Part shown: piece after piece, positions 9,461-16,032 of the stretch
How the letters are laid out: every line of letters begins with the position of its first letter
Position numbering within the stretch: the stretch's first letter is position 1
IMG/VR virus record: IMGVR_UViG_3300031555_004022
Direction: 5' to 3' (one strand)
Length of the DNA: 20,000 bases
Source of the DNA: an uncultured virus (IMG/VR IMGVR_UViG_3300031555_004022)
Lineage: Duplodnaviria > Heunggongvirae > Uroviricota > Caudoviricetes
Position numbers and translations under genes: made by a program
The notes under the pieces: generated by a model
Seen by the model: only the letters and a program-made list of their open reading frames with translations
The model's database searches: none
What the model was told of the DNA's origin: nothing

Positions 9461-10518
9461 TTCTTTCTTCCTCCTTTCCTGATCAGGTGAAGGCAATCCA
9501 GGGGCACCTTGTAGGCCCGGCCCTTGCTTCCGGTCTTCCGGATCACAGCCTGGTCTCCTTCGGCGTACTCGATCAGCTCATAGACCGCCTTCTCGTCATA
9601 GCCCAGATCCTCCGCGTCCCGGATGTGTACCAGGTCGCCGGGGGCACAGGCTCGTCGCAACTTGGCGTATATGTAGGGCAGGCCGTTGAACTCGTTGATC
9701 CGGCGCTCGATGCTCTTTAGCCAGCAGCCAGGGGTCACGGCTCTGATCATTTCGGCGGCGTCTTCGTAGTTTTCGGCCATCTTTTTCGCCTTGTTGTGGC
9801 TGAATGTCTGGTGATTTTTCCGTTCTTCGGGCTTTTTCAGGTTCTTGGAAGCGCACCACCGTTTCTTGCCCTTCGGGTCTTTGGTGATGTAGTGGGCCAG
9901 GCCAGACAGGCCGTTCTCGTCATAGTCCAGGCGGCGGGTCTGATTGCGGCGTCCCAGCTTCCACGTGCTTTCCACTTCATCCATCGACAGCTGGCCGTCC
10001 ATGACGATGTGGTGGTGGCACCTGATCTTGTGGTTGTCGTCCTCTGACCATTCCGTGACATAGACGTACTTGGCAGGGGGCAGGCCCAGCTTCTTCCGGC
10101 GGTAGTTGATGCGCTTGATGTACTTCTGCATATTTTCCAAGGCTTCCTCCATGGAGCCGGGCAGGTTCCGGTCGGTATAGACCAGGGTGGCCCAGATGTC
10201 CTGGCTGGTGAAGTTGGTGTTGATCAGGCGCTCACAGTTCTTTCTGGCGTTCTTGTCCTTCAGGTTCCGCTGGGCCTGGGCATTGTAACCAGGACGGCGG
10301 CCTGCTGCCGGGATGTCTTCACGCTTTACGAACTCCGGATAGATTTCCAGCTCGACCTGATCACCGGCGTCGATCCGCTTCGTGGCGTATATAGCGCGCT
10401 TACCTTTGCGGATCAACTCCCGGACGAACAGGTCATCGTCCTGGTCTATGGTTCGATCGAAGGCTGCCTCGTAGTCGTAGGGAATGAACGGGGCGGGCTT
10501 CTTCCTTGGCTGCTTCAT
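9421..10518 (-). CDS. HUH-superfamily rolling-circle-type replication initiator (Rep)
   Basis: Motif I WATLVY, motif II HHHIV (RCHHHIVMD), motif III LAHYITK, in the canonical order; GGAGG RBS. Confidence 0.75.
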   Translation of the reverse strand: MKQPRKKPAPFIPYDYEAAFDRTIDQDDDLFVRELIRKGKRAIYATKRIDAGDQVELEIYPEFVKREDIPAAGRRPGYNAQAQRNLKDKNARKNCERLINTNFTSQDIWATLVYTDRNLPGSMEEALENMQKYIKRINYRRKKLGLPPAKYVYVTEWSEDDNHKIRCHHHIVMDGQLSMDEVESTWKLGRRNQTRRLDYDENGLSGLAHYITKDPKGKKRWCASKNLKKPEERKNHQTFSHNKAKKMAENYEDAAEMIRAVTPGCWLKSIERRINEFNGLPYIYAKLRRACAPGDLVHIRDAEDLGYDEKAVYELIEYAEGDQAVIRKTGSKGRAYKVPLDCLHLIRKGGRKKCKEQAKRVNSKP

Positions 10519-10619
10519 TGTCTGGCCTCCTTGTAGGCATCTGATCTCACGAAGATTTCCGTGACTTCGGGCTATCCATTACAAGGCCGCCATACCGGGT
10601 GTCTTCCCGGTCGTTTTCG

Positions 10620-10648
10620 TTGACAATTACCGCGCCTTCTGGTATAAT
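10620..10648 (+). promoter_or_regulatory. Consensus sigmaA promoter, antisense to the early operon
   Basis: TTGACA (10620-10625), 17-nt spacer, TATAAT (10643-10648). Confidence 0.85.
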
Positions 10649-10654
10649 AGAAGG

Positions 10655-10731
10655 GCAATATTTAGGTATTGCAGCCTTGTCGGCGTGCCGCCTCCACTCT
10701 CAAATGTCGGGCGGCGCGCCGCTCTTTTTTT
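10655..10731 (+). ncRNA. Putative ~77-nt antisense sRNA upstream of rep
   Basis: Lies between the consensus promoter and an intrinsic terminator (12-bp stem 10681-10692/10710-10721, then CTC and T7); no ORF. The 5' end is estimated. Confidence 0.65.
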
Positions 10732-10888
10732 ATGCGCTTTTGTCGTCTTCCTCATTGTTCCGTTCCGCCTCCTTGCCCATCAGGTAGCCCACGAAGTAGG
10801 CCTTGTCGCGGGTGGGCAGTTTGGTGAACTTCTCCGCCACGGTCTGCGCGACCGTGGCGTTTTCGTTTTTCTGGGGTTCCTGGGTCAT
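10730..10888 (-). CDS. Small 52-aa protein (absent from the ORF track), similar to 15710-15832
   Basis: GGAGGTG RBS; MTQEPQKNENATVAQTVAEKFTKLPTRDKAYFVGYLMGKEAERNNEEDDKSA. Confidence 0.75.
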   Translation of the reverse strand: MTQEPQKNENATVAQTVAEKFTKLPTRDKAYFVGYLMGKEAERNNEEDDKSA

Positions 10889-10892
10889 GTTC

Positions 10893-11111
10893 TCACCTCC
10901 GCAGGCTGAAGCCCTTCAGGACGCCGTTCTCAAACACGGGCGCGACGTACTTCTTGCTGGGTTCCACGATCACGGCGCCGGGCACGTCAGGGTGGAAGCG
11001 CAGGCCGATTTCGCTGCCGTCGACCAGCTCAATCCAGATCGTGCCGGTGTCGTCGACGCCGGTGATCTTCTTGACGCCGATCACTTCCACATTGTTCACA
11101 GTCTTTTCCAC
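10893..11111 (-). CDS. Hypothetical phage protein
   Basis: 72 aa, AGGAGGTG RBS, GTG start. Confidence 0.7.
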   Translation of the reverse strand: MEKTVNNVEVIGVKKITGVDDTGTIWIELVDGSEIGLRFHPDVPGAVIVEPSKKYVAPVFENGVLKGFSLRR

Positions 11112-11154
11112 AGTTTCACCTCCTGGGGTTGGTTTCCATTTATTTCCACTTTCA

Positions 11155-11484
11155 TCACGACGGCATACTTCCGTCCGGGTGTGCTGCGGTAGTGTGCTGT
11201 TGGCGGCGTTCCCGCAGGGCGTCCGCTGCTGCCTTCCTGTCTTCCTCGGTGGCCTTCTCGTTGATGATCACCAGGCCGCCCTGGGTTCTCGCGATCGCGG
11301 CACCGACGCCTGCGGCGGCGATCGCGGTGAAGATGTTGCTGACAAAGTCCATGATGTACTGATCGTGTTCGTCGTGATCCTTTTCCTGTTCCTTCAGCAT
11401 ACCGATCGCGGCGTCCTCCAGGAAGTTGCACGCCTTCAGGATGTCCTCGTCTTCGATGATCCGGAAGTTCTGGCCGTCAATCAT
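11155..11484 (-). CDS. Hypothetical phage protein
   Basis: 109 aa, GGAGG RBS, ATGA overlap. Confidence 0.7.
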   Translation of the reverse strand: MIDGQNFRIIEDEDILKACNFLEDAAIGMLKEQEKDHDEHDQYIMDFVSNIFTAIAAAGVGAAIARTQGGLVIINEKATEEDRKAAADALRERRQQHTTAAHPDGSMPS

Positions 11485-11900
11485 TCCGCCGCCTCCGTTC
11501 CTCTCATGTCGTGGACGATCCGAAGGGCGCGGCCCTTCTCGTCGATCTTGCGGTGGTCAAAATAGACGACCTTGGCAATGCCCAGCAGGTCGGGCAGCTC
11601 CGAAGGTCTGACCGCGCGCATACCAGAGTATTCGATGTTTCGACGGCTGAACAGCTGGACGCCTTCGATGTAGTTGGCAGCGCACACGGTGCCGTCGGGG
11701 TATTCGTGGATTTCATGGACGACGGTGGGATCATTCCACCATGCCCGGCCATTGCTGACCAGCCACTTGTCCTTGATCTTGCGGAAGGCATAGTAGCCGG
11801 TGGTCACTTCCGGGCCGCCCTGCTCCTGTTTGCACTTTCTGGCCTTCTCGTCCATAGCCTTCAGCCAGGCCGGGCTGAAGGTGATCGCAGTTTCTGCCAT
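11481..11900 (-). CDS. Hypothetical phage protein
   Basis: 139 aa, AAGGAGGT RBS. Confidence 0.75.
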   Translation of the reverse strand: MAETAITFSPAWLKAMDEKARKCKQEQGGPEVTTGYYAFRKIKDKWLVSNGRAWWNDPTVVHEIHEYPDGTVCAANYIEGVQLFSRRNIEYSGMRAVRPSELPDLLGIAKVVYFDHRKIDEKGRALRIVHDMRGTEAAE

Positions 11901-11902
11901 TG

Positions 11903-12118
11903 TTACCTCCTTGTAAAGTGTTCCGGCGTGTTTTTATACACGCAGTTCATATTCTTGTCCATAGCGCCGACGACGTGCATGATCTCACCATTGTCCATGC
12001 GTCGCAGGGCGATCTCATAAATGTACGGGCAAACAATATCCACAGCGCCGACCGTTCTGTCGTTATAAACGACCGGCACCCTGTCCTTGAATGCCTGCTG
12101 CGCTTCTTTCCAGGTCAT
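11903..12118 (-). CDS. Hypothetical phage protein
   Basis: 71 aa, GGAGG RBS, ATGA overlap. Confidence 0.7.
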   Translation of the reverse strand: MTWKEAQQAFKDRVPVVYNDRTVGAVDIVCPYIYEIALRRMDNGEIMHVVGAMDKNMNCVYKNTPEHFTRR

Positions 12119-12327
12119 GCTTTCTGGGCCTCCTTCTTCTCCCGGCGCTTCCGCCGGTTGTATTCAGGACACGCGAACGGCTCCAGGTCGTGGCACTTTT
12201 CGCAGCACGCTTTGCAGGTAGCCTGCCCGAAGCGCTCATAGCCGCAGGGCCTCGCCCGCTCGGTCTGATCCGGAAAGACTTCGCCGCAGATGTAGCACCG
12301 GAAGCCCGCCACGGGTTTCTTTTTCAT
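12115..12327 (-). CDS. Small Cys-rich (probably Zn-binding) protein
   Basis: CYIC, CKACCEKC and further Cys residues; overlaps its neighbours by 4 nt. Confidence 0.65.
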   Translation of the reverse strand: MKKKPVAGFRCYICGEVFPDQTERARPCGYERFGQATCKACCEKCHDLEPFACPEYNRRKRREKKEAQKA

Positions 12328-12638
12328 GCGGTGCCCTTCTTTCTCCTGGGCTTTCCGCCATCCGGACGGCGGGCCATCTTTGCGGCCTCCATGATCGCGC
12401 GCTGGCGCTGCTCCTGGGTCTGATCTTCAGCGAAGCACGGCAGGCCGCCCATGTTGGCAGCCACGACGCGGGCGTAGGTCAGACCGGTGACCAGGACGTC
12501 CTTCAGCAGCATGATCTGCGCGACCTGCTCCGCGTTGGTGGGGTCTTCGGGTCTCATTGCCTTCGCCCAGCCGACCGCAGCGTCCAGGTCTTCGGGTTCG
12601 ACCAGTTTGTAGCCTTTCTTCTGTTTCATTTTCGTCAC
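12324..12638 (-). CDS. Hypothetical phage protein
   Basis: 104 aa, overlapping start/stop packing. Confidence 0.65.
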   Translation of the reverse strand: MTKMKQKKGYKLVEPEDLDAAVGWAKAMRPEDPTNAEQVAQIMLLKDVLVTGLTYARVVAANMGGLPCFAEDQTQEQRQRAIMEAAKMARRPDGGKPRRKKGTA

Positions 12639-13402
12639 GCCACGAAATTGATCAGAACGATCGCCGCCAGGGTAGCCACGAAGGCCAGGGTGATGTTCTT
12701 CTGGCGGGCGCCGTCCTTTTCGCCGACCGTGCCCAGGAACAGCACGAAGGCGATCAGGCCCAGCAGAATGTTCAGAAAAATGATCATCGTGTTTTCTCCT
12801 TTCCTGATTTGTCCCGTTTCGGCCCTCCGTAGGCCATCATCGGTGACGCGGGTCAGCGTCAGACGGGATGGGCCAGGGCCGCCGTGATCGACGCCCTGGC
12901 CGTATAATTCGTAAAGCGTAGGCACCGGCAGCAGCCAGGTCACCAGCACCTTCACGGCGCCGTCGTGCCGGTCTTCTTCCTCCGGCTCGTCGGCGTCTGC
13001 GTATTCTTCCATCATTTCCCGGATTTCTTCCCAGGCTTCAGCCAGGCCGGGCGCGTACTGTTCGTTGATCGTCTGGATCAGGGCGTTCAGCATTTCGGCA
13101 GCTGCGGCTGCTGCCTGGGCTACCAATTCACCGACGCGGCGAAGGGCGTCGTCCAGTTCCGCCACGGTGATCCCGGCGGCGTGGGCCAGCTGCGCGATCT
13201 GGAACTCCAACTCTTTACCGTTCCGGCGACCGGCGCCTATGATCACGGCCCGGCTGCGATCCCGTTCCTGGAGTATCTGTTCCTTGTCCATTGACGCCAG
13301 GCGGCGAAGGGTTTCGACGCCTTCGTCCATGGGGACGATCAGCTCGCCCGGTTCCATTTCCAGCTCCTGGGCGTCCGTTTCAATTATTCCGCCGTGGATC
13401 AT
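12635..13402 (-). CDS. Hypothetical acidic protein reading in frame through hammerhead A into a small membrane ORF (internal start 12787)
   Basis: GGAGGT RBS before ATG 13402; a second RBS AGGAAAGGAG precedes ATG 12787 (50-aa two-TM peptide); no stop codon between them. Confidence 0.6.
   Translation of the reverse strand: MIHGGIIETDAQELEMEPGELIVPMDEGVETLRRLASMDKEQILQERDRSRAVIIGAGRRNGKELEFQIAQLAHAAGITVAELDDALRRVGELVAQAAAAAAEMLNALIQTINEQYAPGLAEAWEEIREMMEEYADADEPEEEDRHDGAVKVLVTWLLPVPTLYELYGQGVDHGGPGPSRLTLTRVTDDGLRRAETGQIRKGENTMIIFLNILLGLIAFVLFLGTVGEKDGARQKNITLAFVATLAAIVLINFVA
12812..12868 (-). ncRNA. Type III hammerhead ribozyme A
   Basis: UCCCGUC^UGACGC-UGACCC-GCGUCA-CCGAUGA-U-GGCCU-ACGGA-GGGCC-GAAA-CGGGA; stems I, II and III all pair. 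Predicted cleavage 12862/12861. Confidence 0.8.
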
Positions 13403-13421
13403 GCGTACCTCCGAAGGTTGT

Positions 13422-13442
13422 GCCGCCCCTGGGCGGGGCGGC
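13422..13442. promoter_or_regulatory. GC-only hairpin just downstream of the DGR-like variable region
   Basis: GCCGCCCC-TGGGC-GGGGCGGC (8-bp stem, 5-nt loop), 6 nt past the stop codon, with no U-tract. Confidence 0.65.
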
Positions 13443-13448
13443 GGATTG

Positions 13449-14102
13449 TTAGATCATGGAGCCGATCAAGAAGCCGAACGCGACGCCAATGGAGTAGGTC
13501 GCGCCGTGGTTGTTGGCGACGCCGTAGCCGTTCACACCGCAGAAGTACGTGGTGGACGAAGACAACGGGGAGCGGGTGGCGTACCACCACGTCTCGCCGT
13601 TGAAGTTCTTGACGCGGTCGGCTTCGGTCTTGAAAATGGGCAGCTGTTCCTCGTCGGGGCCGTCGCACTCGGTGCCCCACTCGCCCCTGCCGAACATTTC
13701 CGTCGCAGAGGGCCGCCACAGCTTGTCCTCGGTGACGACTTCCTCGCCGCCGATCAGCTGAACGATCCGGCGGGGCGTGATCTCCGCCACCAGGTCGTCA
13801 GGCAGCAGGGCCAGGTCTTCGGTGTTCATGGTCTTCCGGTCGTCGGATTCTGCCCAGGACAGCAGCTTGCCGGGCAGGCGGTTGTACATAGGGCGCCGGG
13901 CGTGCAGGTCTTTCGCGATAAACAGGGCGCCGGTGTCGGTGACCTTCGCGGCCACGACCGTCTGGGCGATCCCGTCCTTGCCGATGTAGGTGATTTCGTC
14001 GCGTTCCTCCAGGAACTGGGTCAGGCGGCCCTGCTGGGCCTCGACGGTGATGTCGTGCCAGTTCACCGGCACCTGCTTCCACTTTCTCATAACTGCGGAC
14101 AT
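13449..14102 (-). CDS. DUF6273-like/C-type-lectin-fold protein, probable DGR target
   Basis: 217 aa from ATG 14102 (AGGAGG RBS); DKLWRPSATEMFG, QLPIF, and C-terminal WWYATRSP...FCGVNGYGVANNHGATYSIGVAFGF. Confidence 0.8.
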   Translation of the reverse strand: MSAVMRKWKQVPVNWHDITVEAQQGRLTQFLEERDEITYIGKDGIAQTVVAAKVTDTGALFIAKDLHARRPMYNRLPGKLLSWAESDDRKTMNTEDLALLPDDLVAEITPRRIVQLIGGEEVVTEDKLWRPSATEMFGRGEWGTECDGPDEEQLPIFKTEADRVKNFNGETWWYATRSPLSSSTTYFCGVNGYGVANNHGATYSIGVAFGFLIGSMI

Positions 14103-14130
14103 TGTTCTTTCCTCCTGATTGTTGGTATTG

Positions 14131-14298
14131 TTAGCCCTGGGCCGCTTCCGCGGGCGCGGGCTTGAATAAATGGTCATACTGGCCGTCCCGGTTCTCCCGG
14201 ATCGCGTTGATCAGCTCGTCCAGGCTGATCCCCAGGACGCCGACGACCTGCTGCTGCGGGGTCAGCGCCCGCTGCTTCTCCACGATGAACTCGTTCAT
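14131..14298 (-). CDS. Small 55-aa hypothetical protein (absent from the ORF track)
   Basis: GAGGT RBS; MNEFIVEKQRALTPQQQVVGVLGISLDELINAIRENRDGQYDHLFKPAPAEAAQG. Confidence 0.7.
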   Translation of the reverse strand: MNEFIVEKQRALTPQQQVVGVLGISLDELINAIRENRDGQYDHLFKPAPAEAAQG

Positions 14299-14307
14299 GG
14301 GGTTACC

Positions 14308-15113
14308 TCACTTTATGGCGTATTTTTGGATTTCTGTCTGATCGAACGGCACCGGCTCCGCGACGCCGAACAGGGACAGCTGGGCGTCGTCCAGTCGGAA
14401 CTGTTCGTCAATGTCGCAGAATCGCTCCGTCCGGGTGAATCGGTCGGTTGATTTGTTTGGTAGTGCTTGCAGCTCCAGCAGCCGTTTCCACAGCTCCGGG
14501 TGGTGGTCGTATAGGTGCCGCAGCTCCCGCCACTTTGCATTTGGGCAGAAGAAGCAGCCGTTTCGGGTTGTAAACTCATACGACGGAGAATACAGCCCCG
14601 CCTTCTTGCAGATCGCCACGGCGTCGGCTTCGGTCTTTCCGTACTTTGCCAGCAGGGACACTTTCGTCGTCCCGTCCAGCCGTGCCAGGCGATCAGCTTC
14701 GTCGTCGGCGATCCCGATGTACTGGATTACCTCGTCGTTTTTCCAGGCGGCTGCCTTGTACCGTTCCATGGGGCGGACTTTGCAATCGCGGTTTATGTAG
14801 CAGCGGCCACACAGCGGCCACGCCCATATTTTCCCCGCGTGCCGTCCACCCCCCCCCCGATCTCCTTCTGGAATAGGTCGACGAAGTTCTTCTCGCTCCT
14901 GACGATGTGTACCTTGATCCCGTGCCCCTCCAGCCACGGGATCGCGGTGTCGTAGATAAAGGCCCGATGTTCCGGCACCTCCGCGCTGATCTCCTTGTCG
15001 AACATGGTCTCGCAGTATAGGGCCTCGGTCAGCGGATCGCCATGTTCCACAGCCAGGATTGCCGACGCCATGCTATCTTTTCCGAAGGAACAGGACAGCA
15101 CATAGCGCTTCAT
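14308..15113 (-). pseudogene. PAPS-reductase-like (PP-loop) protein, frameshifted at a G10 tract (14849-14858)
   Basis: SCSFGKDS PP-loop in the 5' frame; CYINRDCK, QYIGIADDE and RNGCFFCP in the 3' frame. G8 or G11 joins them (268 aa with G11). Confidence 0.85.
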
Positions 15114-15119
15114 TGTGTT

Positions 15120-15287
15120 TTAGCCCTCCCTCGCCAGCAGTATGTTCTCGGTGATTTCCACCTTCCGGATATGTTCGGGCGCGAACGTGTTCAGGGCTTT
15201 GTTCCAGGCTTCGGTCAGGTTTTGGGCCTTCACGGTGAAGCCCGTGGTGCCGCCGTTCACAAACGTGACGATCACGATGTATTTCAC
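15120..15287 (-). CDS. Small hypothetical protein
   Basis: GGGAGG RBS, GTG start; MKYIVIVTFVNGGTTGFTV... Confidence 0.65.
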   Translation of the reverse strand: MKYIVIVTFVNGGTTGFTVKAQNLTEAWNKALNTFAPEHIRKVEITENILLAREG

Positions 15288-15301
15288 AGGGCCGCCTCCC
15301 T

Positions 15302-15586
15302 TCACAGCGTCTCGTATTTGCCGGTGGTGGGGTTCTTGTACTGGATTTCGGTGCAGCCCAGGCTGGCGCCGACGGTGTCCAAGGGCGCGAAGCTGTTGGA
15401 GTCAGAACAGACGCCCCAGAAATAGGTGACGCCGTCGTCGTCCTTGCAGCGGAACTTGTGGATCATCCGGGGCAGCATCTTCTCGATCTGCTCCCGGCTG
15501 TACTGGTATTCGCAGCGGACGCGGCGGTCGAATTTCTCGCCGTCAAAGACGGCCTTGTTCTCGTGGGTGATTTTGAAAATAGCCAT
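15302..15586 (-). CDS. Hypothetical phage protein
   Basis: 94 aa, AAGGAGG RBS; first gene downstream of hammerhead B. Confidence 0.75.
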   Translation of the reverse strand: MAIFKITHENKAVFDGEKFDRRVRCEYQYSREQIEKMLPRMIHKFRCKDDDGVTYFWGVCSDSNSFAPLDTVGASLGCTEIQYKNPTTGKYETL

Positions 15587-15591
15587 GTGTG

Positions 15592-15615
15592 CCTCCTTGC
15601 GGGGTTTCCGCTTTC
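15592..15615 (-). repeat. 24-bp leader repeat, copy 1 (identical to 17290-17313)
   Basis: GAAAGCGGAAACCCCGCAAGGAGG, ending in the SD sequence. Confidence 0.9.
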
Positions 15616-15620
15616 ATAGT

Positions 15621-15675
15621 CCCGTTTCGGCCCTCCATAGGCCATCATCGGCGGTGCGGATCGGCACCGGACGGG
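15621..15675 (-). ncRNA. Type III hammerhead ribozyme B
   Basis: CCCGUC^CGGUGC-CGAUCC-GCACCG-CCGAUGA-U-GGCCU-AUGGA-GGGCC-GAAA-CGGG; intergenic. Predicted cleavage 15670/15669. Confidence 0.82.
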
Positions 15676-15676
15676 T

Positions 15677-15701
15677 GGCACCGGGGATCCTCCCCGGTGC
15701 C
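15677..15701. repeat. 11-bp perfect inverted repeat directly 5' of hammerhead B
   Basis: GGCACCGGGGA-TCC-TCCCCGGTGCC, with no U-tract. Confidence 0.8.
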
Positions 15702-15709
15702 CTCGGTGT

Positions 15710-15832
15710 TTACTTTGCGGTCTGCTTCTCGTCGTGCTTGCCGGTGACGTAGCCCAGGGCGAACTCCTTCGCCTCGTCGTCCAGCTGGGCGAACTTCTTC
15801 AGGGCTTCCTCGATCAGGTTCTTCTTCTCCAT
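15710..15832 (-). CDS. Small 40-aa protein, similar to 10730-10888
   Basis: GGAGGTG RBS; MEKKNLIEEALKKFAQLDDEAKEFALGYVTGKHDEKQTAK. Confidence 0.75.
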   Translation of the reverse strand: MEKKNLIEEALKKFAQLDDEAKEFALGYVTGKHDEKQTAK

Positions 15833-15834
15833 GG

Positions 15835-16032
15835 TTACACCTCCTTCTTTTTGGGCGGTTCTCCGGTGGTCAGCCACGCCAGCCAGCACTCGCGGCAGGT
15901 GATATGGCTGCAATCCGCTTTTACTCCGGAAGGGAAGGGCGGGTGGCCCTTCCAGAAAATATCGGCCAGCTGTTCCACGGACGCGTCCGGGGTTTTCAGC
16001 ATTTCGGCCAGGACTTTGGTGCCTGCTTTCAC
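15835..16032 (-). CDS. Hypothetical phage protein
   Basis: 65 aa, C...CREC...WL ending, GTGA overlap. Confidence 0.65.
   Translation of the reverse strand: MKAGTKVLAEMLKTPDASVEQLADIFWKGHPPFPSGVKADCSHITCRECWLAWLTTGEPPKKKEV

Noticed and set aside
13422..13442. GC hairpin as an intrinsic terminator
   Set aside because: No U-tract on either side; better explained as a DGR-associated hairpin.
14156..14177. GCGGGCTTGAATAAATGG resembling the candidate nick motif
   Set aside because: Lies in the coding sequence of the 55-aa ORF and the similarity is weak.
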